Part shown: positions 48,622 through 61,829 of the stretch, one piece after another
Layout: the number at the start of each line of letters is the position of its first letter
How positions within the stretch are numbered: the stretch's first letter is position 1
Assembly: GCF_009914755.1 (NCBI RefSeq)
Contig: NC_060929.1
Reading direction: 5' to 3' (one strand)
Length of the DNA: 64,000 nt
Source of the DNA: the human T2T-CHM13v2.0 reference genome, Homo sapiens
Position numbers and translations under genes: made by a program
The notes under the pieces: model-generated
Told to the model about the DNA's origin: nothing
Database searches by the model: none
Seen by the model: only the letters and a program-made list of their open reading frames with translations

Positions 48622-48803
48622 GTTTTTTTATCTTGCTACTTTGCTGAATTTGTTTACCAATTCTAATAGTGTTTTGGTGGAGTTTCTAGTCTTTTCTAAA
48701 TATAAGATCATATCATCTGCAAATAAAGATAATTTAACTTCTTATTTTCCAATTTGGATTGCTTTTATTTCTTTCTCTTATCTAATTGCTCTAGCTAGGA
48801 CAT
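48622..48803 (-). mobile_element. Internal ORF2 fragment of an old L1 (L1MA/L1PB-age)
   Basis: ACTTTGCTGAATTTG..AAGATCATATCATCTGCAAA..TTTCCAATTTGGAT..TTGCTCTAGCTAGGAC, the antisense RT FADD region. Confidence 0.8.
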
Positions 48804-49644
48804 CTGAATTCCACTCTAATGACACCTCTATGGTGCCATTACCTTTATTCATTGCAGTTTAAGATTTATAGAAGTAATATAAACTGAATTTGGATTTCCA
48901 CAAATAACTTAGATTATATAATTATTTAATTTCTTCTTAATCTGCTTTTCTGTTTTGAAATTAGATATATTTATCCATATGTGAAAATATTGAGATTGAA
49001 ATATTGAAATATTGAAAATATTGTGATTCCTAACTCATATTTATCACTATTTTTAATTATTCCACAGTCTACTATAGCTTCCTTGTATACATGGTTTAAA
49101 AAACCTCCTGGGATTGTCAAACACAACATCTGCCATTATCCTTGTTTTAAAACTCTCTTTGTTTCACTGTGATTAACAAAGTCCTCCACAGACCCAAATA
49201 ACCACAATTATTTGGACAAATGACTCAATTTCAAGTTTCAGATACATTTTTTTCTAGATACCTGATGTTTAGTTGTGGATGTTCCTAGATTTATGATTGA
49301 TGCCATGCTATCTTCTCACCTCCAAATGTCTGCAAAAAATCTATCCCTTCAGTCCTGCTTTCTCTCATTTTGTTTTATCTTTAATTTCTATCATGCCTGT
49401 GGTTACTATTTCTTTAGGTGCAATTTCATACTTTGAAATACCTTAAGCAAAACAGAGATGTGCAATTATAAGGATATAGTGGATTCCTTTTCTAGGTGAT
49501 TTATTTACTTCTCACTTGGCTGTAATAAAATCTAATTGGTTAAGTAAATAAAACACAGCACCCTTCAGTATGTTTTCCACATAGCATCTGAAAGATTTAC
49601 TTATTTTATTTCTTTCTAAATATATTTAGCTAATGTTAGATATT

Positions 49645-50123
49645 TACTATTCAACCTTAAGAGAAAGGGGAAGAAACCCTGCCGTTTGCCACACACGGAT
49701 GGACTTGAACGACATTATGCTAAATGAAATAAGCCAGATACAGAAAGAAAAATATTGCATGATCTTACTTATATATGGAATCTAAAACAACAACAACAAA
49801 AACAACAAAATCAGTGGTTACCATGGTCTGAGTTGGGGGACAGAGAATGGGGAAATGTAGGTCAAAGGATACGAAATAGCAAATATGTGGGATGAACACA
49901 TTGAAAGATTTAATGTACAATATGAGGGCTATAGTTAATAATATTGTATTGTATTCAGGATTTTTGCTAAATTAGTAGATTATAGCTGCTCTTGTTGGGG
50001 AGAAATGGGTAACTATGTGAGATGATGGATATGCTCATTCGTTCCACTGAAGAAACCACTTCACTGTATATGCATTTTATAACCTCATGTGTACCTTAAA
50101 TATCCACAATAAAATTTATTTAA
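49645..50123 (+). mobile_element. L1MA8/9-like 3' end
   Basis: GACATTATGCTAAATGAAATAAGCCAG..ATGGGGAAATGTAGGTCAAAGGATAC..GGTAACTATGTGAGATGATGGATATG..CAATAAAATT. Confidence 0.8.
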
Positions 50124-50199
50124 CAGATGTTAACATTTTCTCAGCATGACTTTATATCCTTTTAAAAGAAACAAAATATTGATGTTATGTAGCTGATGC

Positions 50200-52040
50200 C
50201 TTCCCTCATTCGTTCCTGTCTCCTTCTCTGAATTTGATGTGTATTATTTATTTCCAGGTATTAACTAAACTACCTGTGCTTGTATGCATAAACAAGATAT
50301 ACCTACTGAATATATCTTTTTATTATTTCTTAAAATATTCAACATTAGGTTTTTGAGATTTATCCCTGCTGATACATATAGAACTAGTTAATTCATTTTA
50401 ACTACTTTATATTTGCTAACACAATCACTTGTTAATAGATATTTAGGTTGTTTCCAATTTCTTTTTATACCAAAAGTGAAAAACCTGCAAGGAATATCCT
50501 TGTGTATTTCCAACCCTGTGAACATCTACTGGACTTTCCCTGGCGTTCGAGGCTGTGTTCCTAGTAGAATTGCCACAAAGTGTGTACCTTATTCAATTTA
50601 TAAGATATTCTTTAAAAGTTGTCTGAACTGACTGAATTTACATTTGCACTGACAATGCATAAGTTCCAATTATAGATATCATCACCAACAATTGGGATTA
50701 TCAGGTTGTTTCATTTTTACCAAATCATTGAGTTTGAAATGTTATGTTGTTTTCTCAAGTTTGCATGACCTCAATTACTAGTAAGACTGAGTGTGTGGTT
50801 TTTAGTGTTTGGAAATTTGTGTTCACTTCACATGAATTGCTACTTCATAATCTTTTTTCCACTCGTGTGTGTGTACACATGAACATAAACTCTAAATTAT
50901 GTTTTATTTATTTATTCACCTAAGTTGGTATAGATACTATATGTTGCTTTGCTTAAGAAAGATTTGGACTAAGTTCTGTGCTTGGAATTAACATGGCTGC
51001 ATCAGGTTGCATCTGGATATTTGCCTGATAATATCTTATTTCTATAACTTTATATTGTCTTTCTGTGTCTCTTTTTGGCAGCAATCACTACTTTTATACA
51101 TGATTTTAATCTATTTACACTCTTGTAATTGCAAATATATTGGCATCATTTATTCTATTGTATAGAGTGACTTTCATTTACGATGCTTTTTGTTGTCATT
51201 TTTTAAGATTTCTTATTTTCTGCCTTGTTAGATTTATTGAGTTTCCTTTGCTCACTTTTTATTTCTTATTTATTTTGGAAGTGATAATTTTATATCTGTT
51301 ATTTCAATAGTTTCTGCAAAATTTACACATGCACTTTTGACTTAATAAAGTTAATCAGTATCAGATAGATAATAATTTTCCTCACACACACAACAAAGAC
51401 AATGAACTTAAATAGTTTAATTCTGATTGTCCTACAGACATGTTCTTTTTCCTAGTATTTAGCTTCACATTTTTCTTACCCTGTCCCAAATTAGTCATTA
51501 ATATATTATGTTTTGTAATCAATGCATAACTTGACTTACTTGTTTACCAATGCCTTTGTTTATCTATGCTTCTTGCATTCCAGTTCTTCCTTCTGATTAT
51601 TTACCTTTCACTGAATTTTCATTTATCAATACTTTCAATACTGAGCTATAAGAGCAATACTCTCTCAGTCTTTGTTGTCTAAAAATGTCTATTTCTCTCA
51701 CTTCTATATCAGTTAAACTATATTAACATTCCCAATTATTTTTCAGTATGAACCTATTCCTAAATTTTCTTGGGACCACTGTTACTTGTGGGAAGATCTG
51801 TCAGCTTAATTTTTGTTACTCTATAAATACTTGGTGTTCCCTTTTTTGTGGTTGTAAAACTTTTATCATTGCTTTTCAGTGTTTTCTGGTTTCACTATGG
51901 TATGTCTGAGTGAGAGTTTGTTTATATTTTCTTGTTTGAAACTGTGTACTTTAGAGGACACTTCAGTTCTGAAAGTACTAATTCATTGTCTGTTTGAATA
52001 CTACATCTCTCACTTCTGCAACTCTTTAAAAGAAAAATAT
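50200..52040 (-). mobile_element. L1ME-type decayed fragments
   Basis: TTTTGAGATTTATCC..ATTTAGGTTGTTTCCAATTT..TTCTCTCAGTCTTTGTTGTCTAAAAATGTC. Boundaries approximate. Confidence 0.5.
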
Positions 52041-53141
52041 GTGGTACTTTATCATATCATCTCAAAGGCTCTCACAGGATAGCTGCTACCTAACTATCCA
52101 ACCTCATCTCTCACAGTGCCCTTGAGCCAAAACAGTCTTTAAATCACTCACACTCAGGTGATCTCTTCTGTCAGAGGACCTTTATCAGGCTCTTTTCTGA
52201 GCAGACTGCTTGAACCACTCTTCTGCCAGTAAGCTCCAACTCATCCTTACAGAATGCTTCACTAACCTTTCTGATGGGGTCTTCCTCTTCTCTTATAACA
52301 TCTTATATTCTTCAGAGCGCTTGAGCTAGTTGCACTTTTAAAATTACTTGTTTGAAGATCTAGTCAAAGTGAGGCCCTTTCATGGATTGTCTGCTCCATG
52401 AAAGCAGTGTTTTGTTTGTTTTTTATTCTCTTGGAATTTTATAGGCACTCAGGAAATAACGTAGAGACTGAAACCAGGTAGGAAGCATAAAACCAGCAGG
52501 AACTGAGGTGGCATTTATTCATCTCTGAAAATCAGCTTCACTGCCCTCCTAAAAGACCTGTTTTCTCTCATTTGCTGCAGAATTTACTATGATAAAATGT
52601 GTGGGGTAGATAACCTCCAGGTGAAATAGGACAAGGACCCATGAGCCAAGACTGTCTCTCTACCTCTCACATTCTTTAGATAGCCTTTCACTTTAGTTTC
52701 TAGACAGAGCTTGAGAATATGCAACCAACTCAGTGGTCATTTATGGATAAATTCTTTCCTTCCCATTTTCTTCTAGAATAACTGAATAAGTTTTGAAGTA
52801 ACAACCACTTCCAAGAATCAAATTGGAGAGAAAATGCTTTTGCTCACACTTAAACTGAAGAAATAACCCTCGGAGCATTTACTTAACAAATATTTGCTGA
52901 GCCCCTAATTAGTACCGGTTGTTATGTTAGGCCTTTAGAATGCAATAGGAAAAATTTTAAGGATGTGTCAGAGTTAACCTGACTAAGAGAAGAAGGAAGA
53001 GCATTTCAAGAAGAAATAATGGTTTGTGCAAACATTCTGTGGCAGGAAGCAGACAAGCAATTTTGAGGGCCTAAAGAATACCAGAGAGATTGGGAACAGA
53101 AATACAGAGTTGAGGACTGAGAGTTATTTAGGAGCATGAGA

Positions 53142-53797
<656 letters not shown>

Positions 53798-54593
53798 AGT
53801 GAGACTATGCAGAATCCTGAAGTCTGTTTTCAGAATTGATCTTTATCACAGGAGAAATGAGCAGACATAGAAAGGATTTAAACAGGGAGTTAACAAAAGC
53901 ACACTTCTGCTTCAAAAAAAAAAAAAACCAAAAAAGTCATTGAGACTACTGAAATGAAAAAAAGCAAAGTGGCTTTGGATAGTCCATACAGTAAATCATA
54001 GAGGCTCAGAGTAGGATGACAGAAGTGAAAATGGAGGAAAGTGAATGGATTTAAGATTCGTTATTTAGGAGCTAAAATAGAAGGACTTGTTCTCCTGACC
54101 AGAAGGTGAGTGAAAGGGTGATATCAAATAGAGTTTCTGGATTTCTGATTATTCAGATGTGAGGTTTGTGCTGTCATTTGCTAAAATAGAAAATACTAGA
54201 AGAAATTTGTTGAATTTACTATATTTGTTGAATGTTTTGAAACTGCTGAGTTTGCAGGCCTTCGAGACATCCAAAGACTGAGCCCTGGTGGCCTTTACCT
54301 GCCTGGTGGAATCAATCACTTAAGAGCCTCATGAGGAGGAAGTAAAGTCTATATCCTGTCCAACGTCTAGATGCTTTTGGTGTTTTCATTTTGAGCCCAA
54401 TCCTGCCACCATGTGACAAAGAGCCAACTTCACATTTGATTAAACTTAGACCTAAGTAAGAGAGGAGGGAAAAATCTCCATATGGAATAAATGTGATGGA
54501 AATGTGTGAAATGAAGGAACTGTCTCCTTACATAAACTATTTTTAAAACAATCCATAACTTTTCCATTCTCATATATGTATAACAGTGCAGGT

Positions 54594-54930
54594 ATGGTGG
54601 CTATGAGAATGGCCTCCAAGACCTCTGAATGCAGAGTGTAAATGACTGAGGACCCTGATGCTGTACTCTGAAAGTCAGCATTTGAGCAGTGACCACACTG
54701 CTGCTCCCAGCCAATGACTGAACAGGGCAGAGACAGTAAGGTTGCCCTGTTATGGGAGATGTCAGACTCCCCAGTATCCTTGCCAAAGTCTCCTTAGAAC
54801 TGCATTGTCTAAGATACTTCCATTCAATGTTCCTATCTTCACAACCTCTCTCCTTAACGTGGGTTCCCACCTGTCTTATGCTCTGATGCCTCTGCCAGCC
54901 TTATCTGAGTCCCTGGCTCCTCTGCCTGGT
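54594..54930 (+). mobile_element. LTR16A/B-like ERVL solo LTR fragment
   Basis: GCTGCTCCCAGCCAATGACTGA..ACTCCCCAG..CTTAGAACTGCATTG..TCTCTCCTT matches recalled LTR16 motifs. Confidence 0.6.
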
Positions 54931-55919
54931 ACCTGTAGTAGCCCTTGACTGGTGTGACTTCCTGTCATTCACCCAGTGATAGTAAACATCTGCTTTGTAT
55001 TAGTTTAGGGTCCTGGGCCCAGATAATTTTCTTTCCCTTTCTCCAAGGCGAGACAGCTTTTGCTTCTACCCTCTCTCAGAAGCAAAATATCTTTGCCTGT
55101 GTCTTACAGGTTGGAGGGTTTCTTGCTACTGCACCAGTAAAGGTTCTGCTTTATAAGGGAGAACAGTCTGAGAAGTAAATGGGGTTTTGTGCCTGTGTGC
55201 CCACCAGGGGCTCTCTTCCATCTCTTTCCTCCTCTCAGCATGAGAGGTCTGTGTAAAGGAGGCCATGAGTGAGTACAGATGATACTGTGTCTGAGACTCC
55301 CAAGGATTCTAAATTGTCATAATAGCACATATTCAACCTTTAATTAGTCATCAAAGTTTTAGTTGCTTTCTTCATTCACTCTGATGGTTGCTGCCTTTTT
55401 TTCCTGTGATTTTCTAAAGGTTGAACAGTTGATGTTTTCTGTATATCCTCAGAGGGCTTGAAACTCTCAACAGTTGAGTTCATTTGGTTGCCTTGTGAGG
55501 TCAAGTCTCTGTTGGTCTCAAGAAAATTATGATTTTGCAGATTATCTTTTTTTTTAATTTCAAGATTGGAAGCAATGTTCTCCTACAGCTTTCTGCATGT
55601 TAAGCAGAAGGGAAATGCCCTCTGATTATTTTTAAAAATCAGTTATATTCCTGCATCAGGTTTCATATTTTATGGGTGGGTATATCAGAGTCAGAAATAG
55701 AATGTATATATAAATCATATGTTATGTTCTAAGCATGTTAAATTATATTATCATACAGTTGGTCCTCTGTGTGATGGTCACTATTCTGTAAATTTATTGA
55801 CTGAAAACATCAAGCAGCAATGGAATGTTCAGTTCAATATCAGTTAAGGCTTCCATAGCAGATTTCCCCTAGACAAAAATAAATTGTTTCTAGTATACTT
55901 TGTTTGGGTCATTCTTCAA

Positions 55920-55945
55920 AACAATTACCTTGTCCTTTCCACTAG
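55920..55945 (+). promoter_or_regulatory. PRR16: 3' splice acceptor (polypyrimidine tract + AG) of the PRR16 terminal exon
   Basis: TTACCTTGTCCTTTCCACTAG|GTG directly precedes the open frame (phase 0). Confidence 0.92.
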
Positions 55946-56701
55946 GTGGTTGACCAGATTGACACCCTGACCTCTGACCTACAGCTGGAGGATGAGATGA
56001 CTGACAGCTCCAAAACGGACACGCTGAATAGTAGCTCAAGTGGCACAACAGCCTCCAGCCTAGAGAAGATCAAAGTGCAGGCTAATGCACCGCTTATTAA
56101 ACCCCCAGCACACCCATCTGCTATCCTCACGGTCCTGAGAAAGCCAAACCCTCCACCACCTCCTCCAAGGTTGACACCTGTGAAGTGTGAAGACCCCAAA
56201 AGGGTGGTTCCAACTGCCAATCCTGTAAAAACCAATGGCACCCTTCTACGAAATGGAGGCTTACCAGGTGGACCTAACAAAATTCCAAATGGAGATATCT
56301 GCTGCATACCCAACAGTAACTTGGACAAGGCTCCAGTCCAGCTTCTGATGCATAGACCTGAAAAAGACAGATGTCCCCAGGCAGGGCCTCGAGAACGAGT
56401 TCGGTTTAATGAAAAAGTACAGTACCATGGCTATTGTCCTGACTGTGATACCCGGTATAACATAAAAAACAGGGAGGTCCACTTACACAGTGAACCTGTC
56501 CACCCACCGGGAAAGATTCCTCACCAAGGCCCTCCCCTCCCTCCTACACCCCATCTCCCTCCTTTCCCACTAGAAAATGGGGGAATGGGAATAAGCCACA
56601 GTAACAGCTTCCCCCCTATCAGACCTGCAACTGTGCCTCCTCCCACTGCACCAAAACCACAGAAGACGATCTTGAGGAAGTCAACCACTACAACCGTGTG
56701 A
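55946..56701 (+). CDS. PRR16: Proline-rich protein 16 (Largen), terminal coding exon (251 aa, VVDQIDTL...KSTTTTV). The N-terminal exon lies upstream of the window; the first codon is GTG/Val, not a start.
   Basis: The only long non-repeat ORF, GC-elevated, with a canonical acceptor. Translation recognised as human PRR16 (VVDQIDTLTSDLQLEDEMTDSSKTDTLNSSSSG..RERVRFNEKVQYHGYCPDCD..TILRKSTTTTV). Confidence 0.95.
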   Translation: MVDQIDTLTSDLQLEDEMTDSSKTDTLNSSSSGTTASSLEKIKVQANAPLIKPPAHPSAILTVLRKPNPPPPPPRLTPVKCEDPKRVVPTANPVKTNGTLLRNGGLPGGPNKIPNGDICCIPNSNLDKAPVQLLMHRPEKDRCPQAGPRERVRFNEKVQYHGYCPDCDTRYNIKNREVHLHSEPVHPPGKIPHQGPPLPPTPHLPPFPLENGGMGISHSNSFPPIRPATVPPPTAPKPQKTILRKSTTTTV

Positions 56702-57265
56702 TGTATGCCATTAAAAAAATTGTTTTTTTAATTTTCTATATTATAAACATAAAATAAGTAATGAGCACTTTCTACTCAAGCAATAAAAAGCCCAAATATA
56801 TTAATCCTGCATTCAGCAAAGTGGCATAAAAATCACCTGGTAAGTATGCAGCACATTGCTTATATCCTGGGTATGCATTATTTTAAATGTTGTATCATTA
56901 AAAACCTCAGAATGATGAAAAATATGAATGATGCATTGTTTTTGCAATTGACCTATGACAAACTGTGAACCTGCAGATTTCACCTATTTTGATTTACTAT
57001 AAGAGCTGGGATTTGATTCATTTTATTTATGCCTAAGTCATCTATGCATTAACATGTCATATTCTTAACTTTGATCTAATGCTTTTTACTAGGAAATTTT
57101 AATACTGAAGGACTATTTTATTATTTTTTTCTAAAGATGTTTGTCACTAGTTTTTCATTATTAAATGCTGAGGCCAATACCAAGAAGTTTATTTTCTATA
57201 TTATACAATTATGAATTACATGCTCAGCTATATATGTAATAAAATACTTTGGTCTGTGGAAATAT
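56702..57265 (+). other. PRR16: PRR16 3' UTR (AU-rich, no recognisable repeats; end inferred ~20 nt after AATAAA 57238)
   Basis: Follows TGA; contains AATAAA hexamers. Confidence 0.75.
56782..56787 (+). terminator. PRR16: Proximal AATAAA, candidate alternative polyadenylation signal
   Basis: Canonical hexamer 80 nt after the stop codon. Confidence 0.35.
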
Positions 57266-57280
57266 TGTTAAATCAATAAA
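57238..57280 (+). terminator. PRR16: Distal tandem polyadenylation signals AATAAA (57238-57243, 57275-57280)
   Basis: The first hexamer overlaps an upstream TGTA (CFIm-type motif) and is followed by G/T-rich TTTGGTCTGTGG. Confidence 0.7.
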
Positions 57281-60200
57281 CAATAGTAAATAATGACAAA
57301 AGCAAATGTTCCTCAGAATTAAAATGAAGTAGTGGTTCATTTAATCTCACTTAACATTCCTCAATATGGGCAGCAAATCTGACAGAGTTTGGAGAAGTTA
57401 CAGTGAGTGTATATCAGAATTTTCTAAATGAAATATCATATTCCACATCATAAATCAAAATCTACACACTACATATTTTATACTTCCATTTGGTACTTCA
57501 AGAGCCTTCTGTTGAACTCTCCCTATGTTGCCAAGCCCTCCTCATACTCAGCATTCTTCCAGGATGTACCCTAAACTATTACATTGAGGCTGTAGGGTGT
57601 TTTGCCTCCTGCATTAGCAAGCTCTCTGCCTCCCCAAGTGGACCCACATTTATAGGAGAATTATAGGGGGATATCTGAATGCTTCTGGTATCAGGATGTG
57701 TTCAGCATTTGGCGTAAGTTTTTCCCCCTCAGAGTTGAAAGATACCATGGGCCGTTGCTGTCTTCTAAAAGAAAGAGAAGAAATCTTTCCTTCTAACATC
57801 AAATAAAAATCCTCCTCTTCCGTCTTATCTACCAACTTAACAAACTTTACCCACCCATGGTCCAAATTTAACTTCCAATTTTATTAATTTCAACTGATGA
57901 GATATTTTGTCCTGGAGCTGGAAATGAGTTTCTCTCCCCTAGAGTTATGATGAGGACAGGTTCCTGAAAACAAAATTGGTTCATTAGTGGTAAGAGTAGA
58001 GGGAGTCATCTTTTGTGGAAATGTATTTATGGCATAACTTGATAAAGAATCCAATGACTTTTATGAATAGTTGGCTTTTGATCTCAAAACTGTAATCTTT
58101 GCACAGGCAGATAGCCTTCAATCGTATTTCTTTCCTGCCTTTTTCAAGCTAGATCATGGTAATTTGAATAGTGTTTTTGACAGCTTCCTATTAAAAATGA
58201 TTATATATTTTAGATGGAATACAAAAAGAAAATAGGCCTTATTTTTTGAAGGAACAATCAAATGAGTAAAAAACAGAATGTCATGTTAAATATTTACTCA
58301 GCATGCGTTATGTTTCATAGGTGTTGGACATGAAGATAATGAAAGCAAAATAATCCGACTTACAATAATCAGAAAGTTACAAAACAGATCCATAATCAAG
58401 AAAGACCATAATCTAAAATTTGTTATCTGTATTATTAATATGTTTAATAGATATGAGCCAGGTAAATTATAGACTTATTAAATACCAAAATAATGTGTTC
58501 TTAACTTTTTAATGCATGCATTTAGTCTTGATATAAATAAAGCCAGGGTTTTATCATATTTCTAGGGTTAAATAATTACTTCCTTTCACATGTCTATCAA
58601 AAGCTAGACCGTTCAATATTATAAACAGTTGTAGAAGACATGCAGTTTTCTTTCTTCAACTCATCTTTCCTCTTCCACCAGTTACTGTGACCTAATAATC
58701 ACCCTATAGTTTAAGACTGTGACACTTTTCGATGTCGGGGATCCAAGCCCGATCCCAAGGTAGAGCTTTCTAGCAACCACACATCACCTACAGAACAGAT
58801 AATTTCCTTGCGATAAAGCAAGATGAATAAATTTAATCGTTCAAGCTGGTTGAGTAAGGATATTGAGCCAGACACCTAGAAACAATCTCAGTGTTCCAAA
58901 TCCGTTTCTCTTTCTCTAAGTATAGGCAAAGCTTCTCCATGAAAGACCATATTTTTCTGTGTGATTGGTGACATATACCAAAACTACACTTGTTTTTATT
59001 CAACACATAAATAACTAACTAACTACTGGCTTAGAAATGTGAGTTAAATACCATCCCCCAAATGTTATAGTTTTGACCTTGCTAATAAGGACCTTACTCT
59101 TTTATGACAGTTTATTTATAATCAACATTTAATGTTAGATTACAGCACTCTTAGGACTTATTTTGAATTTATTTACTCCATGCTATTTCATTTTTTATTA
59201 ATGCATGGAATATATTGTACCAATATGTTTTCTTGCCCAAGTGATAATATTGCCACATTCACTGGAACTTAGTTATATTTTTGCATATATACAAACTTGT
59301 AAAACAGAAAGCAATTAACATACAGCATCATAATATTTGTCTGCAAACTTGTAATTAAAGTGTCATAAGTGGCAGCACAGTTTTTGCAATCAGCCAACAT
59401 TGCTTCAAAATGTAAATGTTGAAGTGCAAGCTCTACACATCATCCATTAAATCATCATAAAATATAGTACATATTTCCTCTTCCTAAAGACCATAAACAG
59501 AAATGTTTTCCTCAAATACTTGAAACTACGTTTTGTTAACAATGTGCATTTGAACACTTTTATTTACACATAGCGTTTATCACAGAGCCAGCCTTCATAC
59601 TCCTTTGAAGGTGATGTTTCCACAAAATGTAAAATGGTAATACATTTCATTTTAAATAAAATAATGTGATAATATCCATACTGTAAAAATAGGACATATT
59701 TCAAAAGGCATGGTAATCATTAATTAAATTGGAATAAACAGGGTGTTTTGGTTTTTTTTTTTTACTTTAGACAAAGATTTTCCCATTTTTGCTGTGTTGT
59801 ATTTCTACTGATGAAAGTTGAAAAGAAAATAAAAATTGCCCAAAGTTATCTTCCACCTACCAATAGTTATAGCAGTTATAAAGGGAAATGAAACACATTT
59901 TTAAGGTCATGCTTAAGCCAAATCTAAAAATATGTTCACAAAAATACAAGGGCATACAAAAACAGAAATTTTTCACTCTTCTGATTTGACGTTATTATAT
60001 CCATTTCTTCCCTCATTCATTGAATAATATTGGAAGAAATGAATCTACTATCAGCAGAAGTGGTTTAATTAACCTAAATTATCCTGTGTTTGAATTATAA
60101 CTGCATCCTAATTATTAAATGAATAAAGGAATATGATACAGTTGATATGGCTTTCTGTGGACAGATCAGCATGACTAGAGCAGCAGCTACTCACAGTCTC

Positions 60201-61829
60201 TGAAACTATACAAGACCTTGAATCTACAGAGTCTAACTATAGCTCTTTTTGGGTGCTCTGTGAAGAAAATCTGCGTAGTTCTGCATATAATTGCACAAGG
60301 AATGGTGTGATCAAGTCATGAATCACTGCCGTGACTGAATTTTTTTTCCATGGATTCTATGTGATAATGCGATGCTGAGTCTTGTAATTATCCTGAAGAT
60401 TTCGTTTCTTGCTTCTAATTCTCTGTCCCCAGCACATTTTGCTATAGCCTATGTTCCAAGTTGTAGCAAAAGTTTACATTGTAATGTACTTTGATAAAAT
60501 ACGGATGATTTCTAACTGGGGAAATGATTTATGAGCAATAAATTTCTATAAAAAGCCATATCACGAAAGTAGATAAAGTGCACAGCATCAATTACTAGAC
60601 ATTTTCACAAAATCACATCACCTTTTCTGGGTCAATGTGTAACTGTGACAAGTTTAAATGTTTACAGTAAACATTTTGGAGTCTTCGAATTCTTCAAGTT
60701 ACATGATTCTGAAATAATGGCAGATGTGATGCTGCAATTCGGGCACACAGTAGTGTTGAACATAAAACTGCAGTTAGCCTTATCTTGAATCAGGAGTAGC
60801 AATTATGTAGGCTGTCATTTCATTTGAAGCACTTGGATTTATCATTCTGATCTACTGGGGAAAAAAAAACCTGAAGTGTAATATAAAGAAGCTTTACAAA
60901 TAACTCTCTCTTTAAAATACGGTTAAATCGACATGGGGTATGGAATTGTGTAAAGACACAGGGAAAATAAGGAGGAAATATTGCTTATAATTTATAACTT
61001 CTAGACTCATCAAATGTAGGTATATATATTCTTTCTCAAAGTTAACATATCTCTAATACTAATATATAACATAGGAATTAGTACACTTATTTAAAAATGT
61101 AGAAATTCCAGACCTCAGTTTCAATATTCTGCCAAAATTTGCCCCTTGGTAAGTGTTGGGCTGGCATTTTGTGCTGCCAGCATGACTCAGCATGCTTTTT
61201 CTCTCCACAATATCGCCACTTAATTGTGTTCTTCATAGCCCCGAACTTCGTAAATCTTTCCTTTATTCTGATCAGTTATTTTGACGCTTGAAAGGGGTTA
61301 CCTAATGTTGTTTTGACATTCTTAATGTGTTTGATCTTTGCAGAATATGAAAGGGATTTCAGGCAATTTAGCTACCATCTAAAATGAATCAGCTGCTGAA
61401 TAATGAAAGCTTCATTTTCTCATGTATTATACCAGTGGCTTCACCTTTTAGTTTTTTTTCTCTAAGTTCAAAGACTATTATTTTGGATCTTTTCCCTAAG
61501 AAGTTCTGATTCCACAGAATTATGCCATTGACCCTGACTCTGTCACTATCATACACTGGTGTTTCATTTGTGAATTTCATCTATTTAACATTGACCCCTA
61601 AAGCCAAAAGTAGCAATAGATCTGCTCCATGGAACCTCTAAAGCGTGCTTACAACTCTCTCTAATAAAAGCATTTCTATACTTTTGTTATTAGGCTATGG
61701 ATATGATTTCCCTCTATTTCATAATATAATTGTCAATTATCCTAACCAATCAAAGGGATTTTAGACCAGCTAAATAAAACAATGTGTGCCTCAAGTGGGT
61801 CAGGGTTCATGGCATCAAGACACATGCTA

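Noticed and set aside
48982-49028. (TGAAA[A]TAT)n short tandem repeat
   Set aside because: Low-complexity AT-rich slippage repeat with no evident function.
55198-55216. Second CTCF-like word TGCCCACCAGGGGCTCT
   Set aside because: The 3' half deviates from the GGC(G/A)C core; weak match.
55942-56328. Antisense ORFs overlapping the PRR16 exon (also 56261-56482)
   Set aside because: Shadow frames of a Pro-rich, GC-rich coding exon; no recognisable protein.
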